DNA of 64,000 bases, taken from positions 2,909,540 through 2,973,539 of the forward strand of contig NC_069003.1 of the NCBI RefSeq assembly GCF_001194135.2, given 5' to 3'. The notes beneath the pieces were generated by a model, which saw only the letters and a list, made by a program, of their open reading frames with translations, searched no databases and was not told where the DNA came from. How positions within the stretch are numbered: position 1 is the first letter of the stretch; every line of letters begins with the position of its first letter. The DNA is from Octopus bimaculoides (lineage: Eukaryota). This document shows, one piece after another, positions 38,001-52,703 of this stretch. The translations under genes were made by a program, and so were the position numbers.

Positions 38001-38329
38001 GTAGATTATTGACCCGTGCTGCTATCAACTGGAAAATCCTGCTATTGTCAACCGTAATGGGTTGTAATAAACAATATGTTTATATTGATAGTTTTCCTGA
38101 ATTTGAAGTTTGGCGGCAGCTTTGATCAGTATCACATTTCATACTTCCGCTGTCGAAAAAAAACCAGGAAATTCCGGTGTCGTATCAAAACAAAGTATGC
38201 CGGAATTATAAGAGCTTTGTACAAAATACTCCATGGCGTATGTCCCAGCTCTTTACCGATGAAAACAGATGAATGTGCACTGAGAACGCAAAGGTGATTC
38301 AAATGCTGTAACCACTTTGATTGGTGCGC

Positions 38330-38505
38330 TAAAACTGCTGCAGCTCACCGCCTTACGTGTCTCTAAACAAATGGTTCAAATTTTGGACCAAGTCCAGCAA
38401 GTTCGTGGGCTAAGGCATATTGAATAAATCGCCTCAGTGTTCGACTGGTACCTATTTTATCGATCTGGAAAGGTCGAAAGGGAAAGTCGACCGCAGCGAT
38501 ATCAG
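38330..38505 (-). mobile_element. SINE family C fragments
   Basis: CTGCAGCTCACCGCCTT and CGACTGGTACCTATTTTATCGATCTGGAAAGGTCGAAAGGGAAAGTCGACC. Confidence 0.7.
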
Positions 38506-39452
38506 GTGTGAAAAATATTAATAAAAAATTTCCAAGAATTACCCCTTAGTGCGTTAAACTACAAACAGAAAATAATGAATACATTACGTTTATATGCATA
38601 AAGTGGATATAAATCGTGATGGACGTAGCTGGAACCCCTATAATAACAGTTCACCTCTATGTGAACATGCATTCACATGATATATAGTTAAATCATTGCA
38701 GCTAAGAAACCACATTCAAAAGTTTTCTATTCTTAAGAAAAATAAACAAAAATGGAAATTTTTGGTTTGAATTTTAAAAATCGTTGCACGATTTTTATTT
38801 CACCTATGAGGTTCCCTGTGCGCTACGCTTTACGTATACATATATGTGTATATATGTACGTAAATATATAAATATGTAGACATACGTGTATGTACACACA
38901 CACACACAAACACATGCTCATATATATGGCGTATGTCTTATAAATGAAGATGCGTGTATATCTATAGATTTAGATATAATATACAATCCTATATGTATAT
39001 TTAGACATACACGCACACACACTCTGGTATATATATTTGTATATGTGAGTATGTGTAAATGTGTGTGTATGTGTGTGTGTGTGTGTGTGTATGTGTGTCT
39101 GTATATGTGTCTGTGCGTGTTCAGAAAAATATCAGCAATAATCTTGAGATAGTAGTGTTCTGGGAATAAGGGAATATGTTGTTTCTTGTTCTCATACAAA
39201 TCTCAAATATGGCGGTAGAGATAGCCAGGGAGAAATGTAATTGTGGTGTGTTAACAATTTCTTACAAAGACGGTGATACGTACGTACATACACACATAAT
39301 CACACACATGTACACATATATACATACATGGATACACACACACACAAATATTATGTTGTATGCGTTTGCATATATATGCATATATATATATATATAAATA
39401 TATCTATATATATGTATATCTGTCTTACACACTCTCTCTCTCTCTCTCTCTC

Positions 39453-39556
<104 letters not shown>

Positions 39557-40469
39557 AATTCAAGTTCCTGATTCTCAAGTGAATGAATAAGAGAGGCTTG
39601 ATACATCTTTCTAAACATATCCGTTTGACTATTCAGTTACTGCTGAAAGTAACTAGGTGCGAAAATGTATATATATATATATTCATATATATATGCATAT
39701 ATATATGTGTGTGTGTGTGTGTGTGCGCGTGTATGTATATAGTGGAAAGAAAGAGGGGTGTGATGTGCGAGAAAAAGTTTCGGAAAATTATATGTGAATA
39801 TGTGAAAATGCTGTTGTTATGAGCGCTCAACAATGCAGCAATATATTAGACATATATGATGCGTGGATTATGCTATTTCAGATTGTATTATTCAGTTACT
39901 GGTGCATTCAACGAGAAAAAATAATCACCATCTATTGAGAAATGAATGTTAATTAATATACACAGGTTTAAATGCGAGGTACTATACATCTCGTGCTTCT
40001 GGTAATACAATAGGCGAAAGGGCTTGTATATTGCGTCATGTATTTTTAGGTTCAAGATATAAAAATCCTGCTCGCTTGGAAATAGCGTGAACGAACAAGA
40101 GTAAACGAGCAGAAAGGATTAAAAGGTGGGAACGGGGAAAAAGCAATAGCGGGAATGTTGATGAGATGTGAGTAGTTTTGTCTAACTGGAATGGTAATTA
40201 GATATAGCTAGTTGAATGAATTCAACGGCAAAACGTTGAAGTTTACGACACTGTTCGCTTAGTCTGAAGCGGGAGGTGTTTTCTTGTTCGATAAGAGAGA
40301 CTTATGCAGATGTTTGCATCTAGTGAAAATTTGGACCTAGAATCCAAGAAATGCTTGAATATATTGGATCCTATTTTCGAAATTTTCACTTTTCACTAAA
40401 AAAAGATACGATTATTAGAGGCATGCTCTTTATTCGCCATTGCGAAATCTACCCTCTTGCAACAACGTC

Positions 40470-40575
40470 TCAATATTACAACGCGGTCGATAAAATAAAT
40501 ATCAGTGAAGTCCTGGGATCAATATAATCGACTTTCCCCTCGACTTAAATTACTGGCCTTGTGGTGAGATTAAAA
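40470..40575 (+). mobile_element. SINE family C, 3' portion
   Basis: GGTCGATAAAATAAATATCAGTGAAGTCCTGGGATCAATATAATCGACTTTCCCCTC...ACTGGCCTTGTG. Confidence 0.7.
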
Positions 40576-41341
40576 TGCCAATATTAAAACGGTGAAGTCG
40601 TATAGTTTCAGGTACATAATTAAATATCGGCGAAGATTGCTAGGTACCCAAAGCACCACCATCTCTATAAATGCAACCTTGGTTTCCATTACCCGTCTGT
40701 ATTCAGGATTAGACATATTTCTTCGTAATTTTATTCAGATTTGTAGTTGAACGCTTCCTCAGTAGGATGTCACCACACATTATTCGTCAATGACAACGTC
40801 AAAGTAAGCTACATCTGCACAAATAATTTCACGCAAAAAATGTCGAAATTAATACGGAATACATACCATAAAGGAACAGCACCAGACCCTCATTGCGGGT
40901 AATGTTTGTACCCAAGAATTGTCCTCTGAACAAATTTTACTGCAGAACAGGAAAAAGTGTAATGTTTGGTCATCTTTGTCAACAATTCCTCTATAATCGA
41001 ATGCGACATCACTCTAAATGTCAGCGCTTCCAAATTGTAACTCTATCAGCATCTCCATCGCAAATCAGAATGAGATTTAATCTCTAGATTAGTTTGTAAA
41101 TGTCTCCGCTAAATAAAATGAATTATTGATTTTCTTTTTTAGAAATTAACAAACAATTATAATAAATTTGTTGATTGAGATCGATAAAATAGAAACAGCT
41201 AACTTTTTCTAAATGTTCTTTAAAGATTAATTCTATTATTTACAGAGTTACACTTCTAAAAAATTTCAATTGAAAATACAAAATTTCACCAGACTTCATT
41301 GTGATCTCTCTCCCTACCAATTATCTCTCTCTCCCTTTCCA

Positions 41342-41395
<54 letters not shown>

Positions 41396-42271
41396 GGTAG
41401 CTAGCTAGCTAGCTATGAGTTGAAATTGAGCCGTGATACATGTATTTCTATGTCATTCTTTTCTTTTTTCTTCATTTACATAAGATAAAGTTCTTAAAGT
41501 CTCTGTTAGTCGTCGACTGCACAATTTCGTCCTCGCTGCTGACTCATCAACACAACATAATTCGGGATATATTTTCACTTATTCTCATTCTCACACGCCT
41601 ATATTCGCTTACACAGACGCATGTTAGTAACGTAATATGAAACAGTCCAGCGGTCTACTATTCTTCTAATTCTGCTTTAATCTCAAGAGGTTGCTCCGTG
41701 CATAAATTAATACACACACCAGCATTTACGTATAAGCACGTGATATACATATAAGTATTCACTCTAACACAATGTACACATACCTCGTTGAAGAAAAATC
41801 ACATCATTCGTGAAGAACCTGGATTTATATAAAATTTCCAAAATCAATGAATTTGAATTAAGTGAAACATAAGACAATAAATTTTCGGCTTTCAAATCTA
41901 AGCTAATAACTTAGAAAGCCAATTATTACGAGAATTTAATGCCTGTCACATTATGGCAGCTTCTGAATTGTCTTAATGATTAGCGTGAAATTGTTGGATG
42001 GAGTTGGCATTGCTCTCGGCCGATGCTTCTGCTGTATGTGATGTGTAACTATGTGCACACGTGCATGGCTTATATATGTGTCTATGTATTTATATGCGTA
42101 TTTATGTTTGTATATATACATAGATATACGCTTATTTATAAATGTGTGTGAGGTATTTGCGTGTTTGTGTAAGTGTATACTTACATTTATACGCTCACAC
42201 ACCATATACACACGTACTCGTACTCGCACTCGCACATAGACACACGAAAACACTCATATGTATGTATATGA

Positions 42272-42310
<39 letters not shown>

Positions 42311-42768
42311 GATATAGATATATACATATATATTCTCTCACATGCAGTCTGGTTCCCTGATGATGCGAGTGGTGAAGCATTCAATATAAGTGAAAAGTGA
42401 ATTGAAAGAGCTGACTAAAATTAATTGTTGTTCCAAATCCAAACATGTAGTATGGAGTTTATTTAAGGAAGAGCATGAACAGTTTATGTTCTGGAAACTA
42501 GTACTGAATTAACCCTTCTTTTATTCCCTGCATTATTAAGAAAGGTAAACTTCACCACGGCCCAATTTCAATTCATAGATAGATAGCTACATAGATAGAT
42601 TGATAGATATATAGATATAATGTTAAATCTCTGAACGAGGTATAAACAGTAACTGCACGACAACGTGAAGCATATAAATATACATATAAATATATATATA
42701 TATATATATATACACACTTATATATATGTGTATATATATATGATGACCATAAGGAGAAACACCACAAC

Positions 42769-43415
42769 CTCACCAGTTGCTTTGCAGCCAACTCCGTGTT
42801 AAAACCAAATATACTTCAAGTATCCGTCTTCTACTCCCCGAACGCTGTTCACATCCCATACCGACGCGACAATTACGGTGATATCTTTACTTTTTGCCAA
42901 CAAATAAGGGAAAAGATTTTGAAACTGCATATTCCATTACGCTTAACCATTGTACCCTTGACGGGGATATATTTTAACATTTGGAAGCATGTCTCAGTAT
43001 GGCCCACTTCAAAGAAAATTACCTCCTCTTATCTGAAACAACTATCGTCCTATGACTCCCACCTCTATAACACCACTGAATTAATGAAGACACCTACAAC
43101 AGATAACGTTCAACGACACTTTGAACCTCCTCTTCTCCCCGATCTCTCTCTCTTTTTGCCTGTCAAATGTCCACGACTACGGCTTTTGTAATACTGAGTC
43201 TCGGAGAATTACTTACATTTGCTCCTCATCAGCGAACTCTGAGACTGTGACACCAGAAAAATCTTGAAACACGTCTGTAATGCGGCATCTCAGGGGCAAT
43301 TAACATCGTGTCTATATATAATTTGTGGAATGTGTTTAGTACCGAGTTTCACAAGATCAAAGTTGCTCTTGCCACGTTCAACTTTCGTCGCTTGGACATT
43401 GTATGTGGAAAATAA
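42769..43415 (-). mobile_element. AP-endonuclease domain relic of an RTE-type LINE
   Basis: Motifs occur in canonical order and spacing on the - strand across frameshifts: LFSTYNVQ (43415-392; cf. TWNV), GVTVSE (~43250; cf. I.E), VVGVFIN (43100-080; cf. GVG.L), YPRQG (42969-55; cf. YAPQ), IVA (~42860) and HGVGCKATGE (42798-769; cf. HG.G.RN..GE). Confidence 0.5.
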
Positions 43416-44070
43416 TAATTACCCAGAAGATTTTTTTTTTGCTCTTCAAAACGTTTAGATGGTTATTCTGAGGTAGAACGAGCTACTATTAAACTAGCAG
43501 GGAGTGCATTTTTGAAGACAATTTTGTATAAATTTGAGAGATAGAGAGAGACATACACACAGACAAATGATCAGAGACAGAAATCTCGTTGTTATTAACC
43601 AGCAACGGAGCGACCACTTAGAGCCGTATTGTCTTGGTATTTGCTAATGCAAGTTAATCTTTCATAAGAAGTAAAAGGGGCAATCTTCAGAGAAAGTATT
43701 CAATAAAATATTTACTTTATTTCTCTATGGCAAACGCAATCATAATGCAACTGAAAAATTTTCATCTTAGTGACTTGAAAACTTGTGACGATATAACAAC
43801 CACCCAACAGTTCACTTGGCGTTTTACTGATTATATTTGACTTATGTCTCCAAGACAAAAGTTTCTTTCGAAAAAGTAATCTTAACTGCTTGACAAAACG
43901 TAATATTATAACAGCAAACACAAAGACGATTCTAAGACAATTCCAATAATATGACATCAAACTAATACAATATNNNNNNNNNNNNNNNNNNNNNNNNNNN
44001 NNNNNNNNNNNNNNNNNNNNNNNNNNNTATATATATAAATAAAACAAACACAGGAAATGAGATAGAAAAC

Positions 44071-44110
<40 letters not shown>

Positions 44111-44596
44111 GATAATAATAACAATAGAAGGAACATCATGAAACAGGATTCAGTTGAGTGACATGTTGATTCGATAGTTTATCTTTCTAAAATAGTCTTG
44201 ACACATCGGCCATCTTTAGATGAATTGGATTCTAAGAACCACTGTCATGGTGTGCCGACATTACCGAACAGGAAATGACAGAAAGTAATTCAAGATTTCT
44301 AGTACAATTTCGTTTTGGAATAGAATACCGTGTCTTCAATGTTGAATGTCTTTGCCGTCCATTTTGTGATTTCATGAAAAAGAAAAAGAAAGAGAAAACA
44401 AATAAAAATGGTATTTCCTTTCTAGTTGGATTTGCTGTTTCTTCTGGTTTAAAATCAAAGTTCTTTTCTTTTTAATCTCTTTCTTTCCATTGTTTCTTAT
44501 CTTTCTCATTTTTGCAATCCATCAATCACTCTCTCTTAATTAATCGATTTATCTACTTTTCTTTTGGCATATCTTTCCGTCTATCTATCCATTTTT

Positions 44597-44649
<53 letters not shown>

Positions 44650-47298
44650 TAGGGGAGTGAAATCATATATATCTATACAAACACACATATCTATGTATGA
44701 ACATCTATCCATCTGTATATGTATCTATCTATCCATCTATCTATCTATCTATCTATCTATCTTCCTAACTATCTGTCTGTATGTCCTATTATTATTATTA
44801 TTACTATTTCTTCTACTATATCACCCTGTCTATGTTTAGGTCTCAATGTATTTATTTACCAAACCACAGACATTTTATATTGTTTATTGGAAAGCGCACG
44901 ACTTCATTGTGAATATGACAGCAGCCAAGTGAATTATATGTTATCAGAACATATCTTCTCAACAGCAAGTTTAATGTCCCTGACCTGGACAGTTAAGCAT
45001 TTAAATAGCAGCCTCCATGGTAATATAAAAGAGCACTGCAATGCAGAACGGAGCAGACCGTTCCATGTTTTGTTTATTTAAAAAAAGAAACTGCGATAAA
45101 TTTCATCGTTACATCAGAAATAATCGAGTAGACATAAGACGAAGTATTTCCTAGCCTTCCATGGGCCATGATAAACTGGCTGGAAATAAAATCAAAAGAT
45201 AGTAAAAAGAAAGACACAACAGGAAATTAAAAAAATACATTGTGCATCTGTTGGTTAATCAGAGATCAGTCTAGATCGGGTTTACCTATGATTAGACTAG
45301 TTCCACTCATAAAGCTGCGTCGTTGTGTTTTTCTGAAATGGCGTGTCGATCGTACGTCATGGAAATCACGTTAAGGTTCATGTTTAGGGGTTCTAGTGCC
45401 CATGACGCGCAGACCTAAGTTATGATCTGAAAAGAAAAAGAACAAATATACTATTATGCGTAAGGGTTGTTCACATTGATTAGCTCCTTATTATGAATAA
45501 AACATTCCAACTCTGCCCTTATCGTCGCTATACTCTCAGACGTTACATTTGTGTAATGTAATGGTTTGTGAGCTGCAATATAGGTGTATGGGCATATAAA
45601 TGTTGCTCTATACCTTCATGCCACTTTGATCCGCACTTATGTATGGGTACTACGTAGACACATTCACCCCGACTGATATAAACTACTTGTTTTCACTTAC
45701 TAGTGAGGGCTTCTTTCAGTGCAGTTCTATTTTTCCCATAAAAAGCATATTTTTCTTCTTTGAAATATATCTCGGAGGAAAATTTATTTATTGTTTCTTT
45801 GCGGTGCAGTCGTCAAGTTTTTTTTCTTTAAGAACAGGTTTAGCAATTATTTAAAAGGTTTTAAATGGTATATTTTAAGGAATGTATGAAACGAAAGTGG
45901 ACAGTAGTTTTCTACAGGTATTCCAAAATTGTCTTTGATAAATATAAAATGAGCTTCTGTCCTGATATCAGACGGGTTATGGATGCATGATATAAAGGAG
46001 ACACCACAAAATGCTGCGCACGCGGCATAGTCAAGTTATGGGTGTTTAAAAGGGTTTCATATTAGGTTTGTTGCTTATATATCAGAGATCATATTTGCTC
46101 CAATCCAAACTTATATTAGAAGCATTGTAAGCCCTGGATTTTTTGAGAAAGAGAGCCAGATGAAGCATAAAATATAAAGGAAAACATTGAATTACTTAAA
46201 CATACTCTATTGAAAAAGATAATGAAATATATTTACCTGAAACGAAGAGAAAGACAAAGGTAGATACGTGACAATTCATGCGCAAAATGTATTCGTATTT
46301 AGAAATGTGGACTAATAATTTTTGTATATATATATATATATATATATATAATGCAAGAAACATACTTAGTGACATTTTTTATAGGTTTTAGTGCTTGTGT
46401 GTGTTGTGTGGGTTTGTGTGTATGTATGGGTTTCTGTGTATGTATATATATATATAAGTGCACATGTGCCGGGGGTGGCTCAGAGAGAGAGATAGATAGA
46501 TAGATAGATAGAGNNNNNNNNNNNNNNNNNNNNNNNNNNNNNNNNNNNNNNNNNNNNNNNNNNNNNNNNNNNNNNNNNNNNNNNNNNNNNNNNNNNNNNN
46601 NNNNNNNNNNNNNNNNNNNNNNNNNNNNNNNNNNNNNNNNNNNNNNNNNNNNNNNNNNNNNNNNNNNNNNNNNNNNNNNNNNNNNNNNNNNNNNNNNNNN
46701 NNNNNNNNNNNNNNNNNNNNNNNNNNNNNNNNNNNNNNNNNNNNNNNNNNNNNNNNNNNNNNNNNNNNNNNNNNNNNNNNNNNNNNNNNCAAAGAGATGA
46801 AGCAAGAAGAGGAGAATGTAAAACCGGCCAATATAGCAATCACATTATATATATAATTTTCGCTTCATTTACCAAAATATTTACCCTTGTTATTTTTTTT
46901 TTCCTAAAGATCTCAAAGACTGCAAGATTTTGGTTGGGCATAGAATCTTAACAAAAACATTTCCTTTCACACCACCTGACCTGCACACCGAACCGTAAAG
47001 GTTATCTCTTAAGACAGTTAATAAAAGGAAGACACAACAATGAATTAAGTCAAGGATGACAGAACGAATTTACATTTCATAAACGTAGTATTTATTTACG
47101 AACGGAAGATGGGAAGTTGTGGGCTTTTTGCGTAGGTTTTTTGATTTTTACTTTTCACATTTAAATAATGGAAAACAACTAATATTAGCACTTGACCTCT
47201 CACTCTCTGTTGCTCCCTCTCTTACACACTATGTTTCATAAATATGTATATGTATGTACATATATACATACATATATATATATATATGTATATGCATT

Positions 47299-47332
<34 letters not shown>

Positions 47333-48204
47333 NNNNNNNNNNNNNNNNNNNNNNNNNNNNNNNNNNNNNNNNNNNNNNNNNNNNNNNNNNNNNNNNNNNN
47401 NNNNNNNNNNNNNNNNNNNNNNNNNNNNNNNNNNNNNNNNNNNNNNNNNNNNNNNNNNNNNNNNNNNNNNNNNNNNNNNNNNNNNNNNNNNNNNNNNNNN
47501 NNNNNNNNNNNNNNNNNNNNNNNNNNNACTAGAGCTCATGTATGCATGAATATATATCTCCATGTATGAAAGAGTGTCAGGCAATTAACGTATAATACGT
47601 GTCTTATATACATACTCAAATACATATACACACACACACACATATATAAATATATATGTGTGTGGTTTATGTGTGTGTGTAGATATATATGTATATATGT
47701 TTGAACATGCGCGCGCGTGTGTTTATATATACGTACTTGATAATATATAAGCTCGTATTCATATATATTCAGCGGATATTCACTGATATATATATGTGTG
47801 AGTGTGTACCGATATGTATAAATATATACTTGATAACCCACTTTCTAATGACCATCACAATAACGATACATCATTATGGTTATAGATTTTTTTCCTTATT
47901 TATAGTCTTATTTTTTGTTGTTTCGACGCTCATCATACTAAAAAAAGAAAAAAATATGTACGAAACGGAAAACAAATTCTGCCAGTATTCCAAGATATAT
48001 TATCGGATATATAAATATCCGATCGCCTTCCGTCTTACGCGACTTTGCAATTTCGGAATCGTTAGAACGGTCGCTTAGATATTGACGTAATATATCTTAG
48101 TTCGAGTTCGCCTTAGGGTAACAGGACAGCACTGATTTTTATATTTTTGGTGTTGATTATATTAAGAATGCTCTACCAGTGGGACACGTAGAAACTAGTA
48201 GTTG

Positions 48205-48300
48205 TAATAATAATAAGACAGTGAGCTGTCAGAATCGTTAGCATGCCGGACAGAATGCTTTGCAACATTTAGTCCGTCTTTACGTTATGCATTCAAATTC
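48205..48300 (+). mobile_element. SINE family C head
   Basis: GTGAGCTGTCAGAATCGTTAGCATGCCGGACAGAATGCTT...GTCCGTCTTTACGTT...TTCAAATTCC. Confidence 0.85.
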
Positions 48301-48384
48301 CTCTATGTATGTATATATGTATATATATATATATGAATGTATATGTATATATATATATTTAGGTATATAAAAAACTGTGTATAC

Positions 48385-48429
<45 letters not shown>

Positions 48430-48847
48430 TATATATATATGTAAATANNNNNNNNNNNNNNNNNNNNNNNNNNNNNNNNNNNNNNNNNNNNNNNNNNNNN
48501 NNNNNNNNNNNNNNNNNNNNNNNNNNNNNNNNNNNNNNNNNNNNNNNNNNNNNNNNNNNNNNNNNNNNNNNNNNNNNNNNNNNNNNNNNNNNNNNNNNNN
48601 NNNNNNNNNNNNNNNNNNNNNNNNNNNNNNNNNNNNNNNNNNNNNNNNNNNNNNNNNNNNNNNNNNNNNNNNNNNNNNNNNNNNNNNNNNNNNNNNNNNN
48701 NNNNNNNNNNNNNNNNNNNNNNNNNNNNNNNNNNNNNNNNNNNNNNNNNNNNNNNNNNNNNNNNNNNNNNNNNNNNNNNNNNNNNNNNNNNNNNNNNNNN
48801 NNNNNNNNNNNATCAAACACTTAAAAATTATATACATATATACATAC

Positions 48848-48892
<45 letters not shown>

Positions 48893-48984
48893 TATATATA
48901 TATGTAAATATAAATATGTATATATATATAATCTTTGTCTGCAAATCTCTTAAAATATCTGTTACCGATATTTTGGTTCCATCG

Positions 48985-49100
48985 TGACCTCCACCCTGTA
49001 ATCTTCGATCTTTAACAGCAACACCAACGCCGCATGCGATCCATATTGTTATTCTTAACGATACGGCTGTAGTTTTATTACTGCCAGGAGGTTAGTAGTC
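48985..49100 (-). mobile_element. Possible short AP-endonuclease fragment
   Basis: YSRIVKNNN.. / CGVGVAVKD resembles the APE GVG motif region. It is short and weak. Confidence 0.25.
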
Positions 49101-49294
49101 ATCGTAATGTACTCATAATATAACATAATATAACATATATTATATCATATCTATATCTATATATATCTATATTAATATATATATATATATATTTGTATAT
49201 TACACGCACACACAGATATTCACTCACACAGCCAGACACACACTCATGCACACACATACATGCCACAGCTTTTTATTATTCTCTCAAAGAGTCT

Positions 49295-49435
49295 GAATAG
49301 CTTACACAAAGTGGATGTAGGTGTTTTCAAATCAAAACTGGACCTCTTCATTCTAGAGTCGCAGATGAACCCACCTCGTGGCAGGAGCTGGAAATGAGGG
49401 TAGCGGCATCAAACTTTTATACCAAAATAAAATTT
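49295..49435 (+). mobile_element. LINE (CR1-group-like) ORF2 C-terminal fragment
   Basis: LHKVDVGVFKSKLDLF / RVADEPTSWQELEMRVAASN resembles the V..FK.KLD.FL..VPDEP.....AASNS end of CR1-group ORF2 proteins. Confidence 0.55.
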
Positions 49436-49704
49436 GAGATTTATGGAGGCGCAAATTTGGGAAAATAACAGGACAGTGGAGCCATACAAGGAAACCGAAC
49501 AAAACCAAACATGGAAGGTTGTTAAACCAGAACAAGAGGAAAATCGTGAATGCTGCGAGAAATGTTTTCTTTCAAAAAAGAAAAGATAGAAGAGAAAAAA
49601 AAGACATGTTCAGTCTTTTGAAATCCGTGCAGGAAGAGTAAGATGTTCACGCGTGGAAGATAGACGACGCTCACGTGTGAGCAACGGGAGAGAAAAAGAG
49701 ATTT

Positions 49705-49738
<34 letters not shown>

Positions 49739-50163
49739 NNNNNNNNNNNNNNNNNNNNNNNNNNNNNNNNNNNNNNNNNNNNNNNNNNNNNNNNNNNNNN
49801 NNNNNNNNNNNNNNNNNNNNNNNNNNNNNNNNNNNNNNNNNNNNNNNNNNNNNNNNNNNNNNNNNNNNNNNNNNNNNNNNNNNNNNNNNNNNNNNNNNNN
49901 NNNNNNNNNNNNNNNNNNNNNNNNNNNNNNNNNNNNNNNNNNNNNNNNNNNNNNNNNNNNNNNNNNNNNNNNNNNNNNNNNNNNNNNNNNNNNNNNNNNN
50001 NNNNNNNNNNNNNNNNNNNNNNNNNNNNNNNNNNNNNNNNNNNNNNNNNNNNNNNNNNNNNNNNNNNNNNNNNNNNNNNNNNNNNNNNNNNNNNNNNNNN
50101 NNNNNNNNNNNNNNNNNNNNNNNNNNNNNNNNNNNNNNNNNNNNNNNNNNNNNNNNNNNNNNN

Positions 50164-50203
<40 letters not shown>

Positions 50204-50986
50204 GTGCATAATCTTTCTCATACACACGTTTACACACGTGTACTGTAAATACTTTTATGAATGTCGGAGGATTGGAAGGATAATAGAAAGTTCAGAGCCA
50301 ACGTCTTGTACTGCCTCGATGCAGACTCTATACTCTCTGTTATGGATAGCAGTACTCGACTGGCAGATAATTCATAGACACTGAAAGAATGAAAGTCAAC
50401 GCCATCATCAGGGCTATTTGAACACCGAAAGTAGGATTTGATTTACTACAAGAAGACACATATGAATTTATACGCAGACATTACACACAGACCGTGGTTT
50501 AATTTTGGACCGATTTTGAATGAATCTAGCAGAAAATCACTTTGCTTTTAAAAGACAAATACCAGAGTTTACTTTGTTGAAAGCATGAGTTTCGAGAATG
50601 TGGAGTTGACAAGGGGTTAGTTCCGGCCAATTGATGCATAAAAGCATAGACAATGAAAGCTTCGGTGTCTATGTCTGTGGTGGAGGGGGTGTAAGGAAGA
50701 GAAACAGAAAGTGAAAGTAAGAAGGGGAATGGGAGACAAAGAGGGAGTGATGGAGAGAAAAATAAACATCATTAGTTGTCTTCAGGTTTGTTTCCTAACT
50801 TGAAAGTGACGAAAGGTGACCGGCAATGCTGAATTTCTCGGAAATCGAACACATGTTCAAAAGATCCGGTACGATTCGAATAACACAAACTATTCTACAC
50901 ACTAACTACTCCGCCAATACGTGTGTATATACATCTATATATATATGTATCTATGTATATATATATACATACATATATATATATAT

Positions 50987-51030
<44 letters not shown>

Positions 51031-51318
51031 NNNNNNNNNNNNNNNNNNNNNNNNNNNNNNNNNNNNNNNNNNNNNNNNNNNNNNNNNNNNNNNNNNNNNN
51101 NNNNNNNNNNNNNNNNNNNNNNNNNNNNNNNNNNNNNNNNNNNNNNNNNNNNNNNNNNNNNNNNNNNNNNNNNNNNNNNNNNNNNNNNNNNNNNNNNNNN
51201 NNNNNNNNNNNNNNNNNNNNNNNNNNNNNNNNNNNNNNNNNNNNNNNNNNNNNNNNNNNNNNNNNNNNNNNNNNNNNNNNNNNNNNNNNTATATATATGA
51301 GTGTGTGTGTCTCTGTAC

Positions 51319-51358
<40 letters not shown>

Positions 51359-51616
51359 TCATATATACTTATACATATCAACACATATTTATATTTATAT
51401 ATAAATATATACTGACAAGTGTACATATATATATATATATATATACATATCGATAGATATAGATATAGCTAGATAGACAGATCGATAGATAGATAAATAA
51501 AAAAAGAAAGATATATACACATACTTACATATGCATATATATGCGTATACATATATCCATGTATACACATCTATGTACATATAGACATACATATACATAT
51601 TTACGTATGTATGCAT

Positions 51617-51707
<91 letters not shown>

Positions 51708-52369
51708 CATATGTATATATGTATGTATACATATATGCAAACACACATATATATTGATTTATATATATATATATATATTGGGAGACCAATCCTGATGTAG
51801 ATACACGTAGCTCGTTACTGAGTGATTCTTGTTGAAAACACGATTGATGAGAGGCATTCAACAATATTACAAAAGAAACTGTCACTATATTTCGTGAAAT
51901 GTAGTTGATTGAACAGTTGCCCGAAGGATTTGAAGACTCGCTGCTGAATAAACACGACCAGGCCTGTTTATAATGTGAACTATAACGTATACGTGTGCGA
52001 GTGTTCGTGTGTGTGTGCTTGAGTACGTATTGAAATATAAACATATATGTTTTTTTAATATACGTACACACACGTACACACACACCTATACATACTGAAA
52101 TATATATATATTTCAGTTGTATANNNNNNNNNNNNNNNNNNNNNNNNNNNNNNNNNNNNNNNNNNNNNNNNNNNNNNNNNNNNNNNNNNNNNNNNNNNNN
52201 NNNNNNNNNNNNNNNNNNNNNNNNNNNNNNNNNNNNNNNNNNNNNNNNNNNNNNNNNNNNNNNNNNNNNNNNNNNNNNNNNNNNNATATACAACTTAAAT
52301 ACTTATATTAGTATGTATTGTCTCGTCTTATTTATATTGATTCAGCAGGCTGATTCAACAACGTTTCAG

Positions 52370-52378
52370 CTACTACTG

Positions 52379-52457
<79 letters not shown>

Positions 52458-52587
52458 ACCTCCCACTACTGTGGCTACTAATACTACTACTAATTCCACC
52501 ACCACCACCGCCACCACGACCACTACTAGTAATCGCAGCAGCGGTAGTACTAACAGATGCACCTGCATGAGTAGCATAGAAGCAGCT

Positions 52588-52684
<97 letters not shown>

Positions 52685-52703
52685 CAGCAGCAGCAGCAGC
52701 AAC
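52370..52703. repeat. Compound trinucleotide mosaic (CTA)-(CTG)-(CCA)...(TTA)-(GTA)-(GCA)
   Basis: Seen directly. Confidence 0.95.

Noticed and set aside
42796-43235. Plus-strand ORF read as a Penelope RT thumb, and a minus-strand CTGATGA-GGAG..CTCC-GAGAC hammerhead look-alike at 43232-43198
   Set aside because: Stem I does not form and GAAA is mutated. The whole interval is better explained by ordered AP-endonuclease motifs on the - strand.
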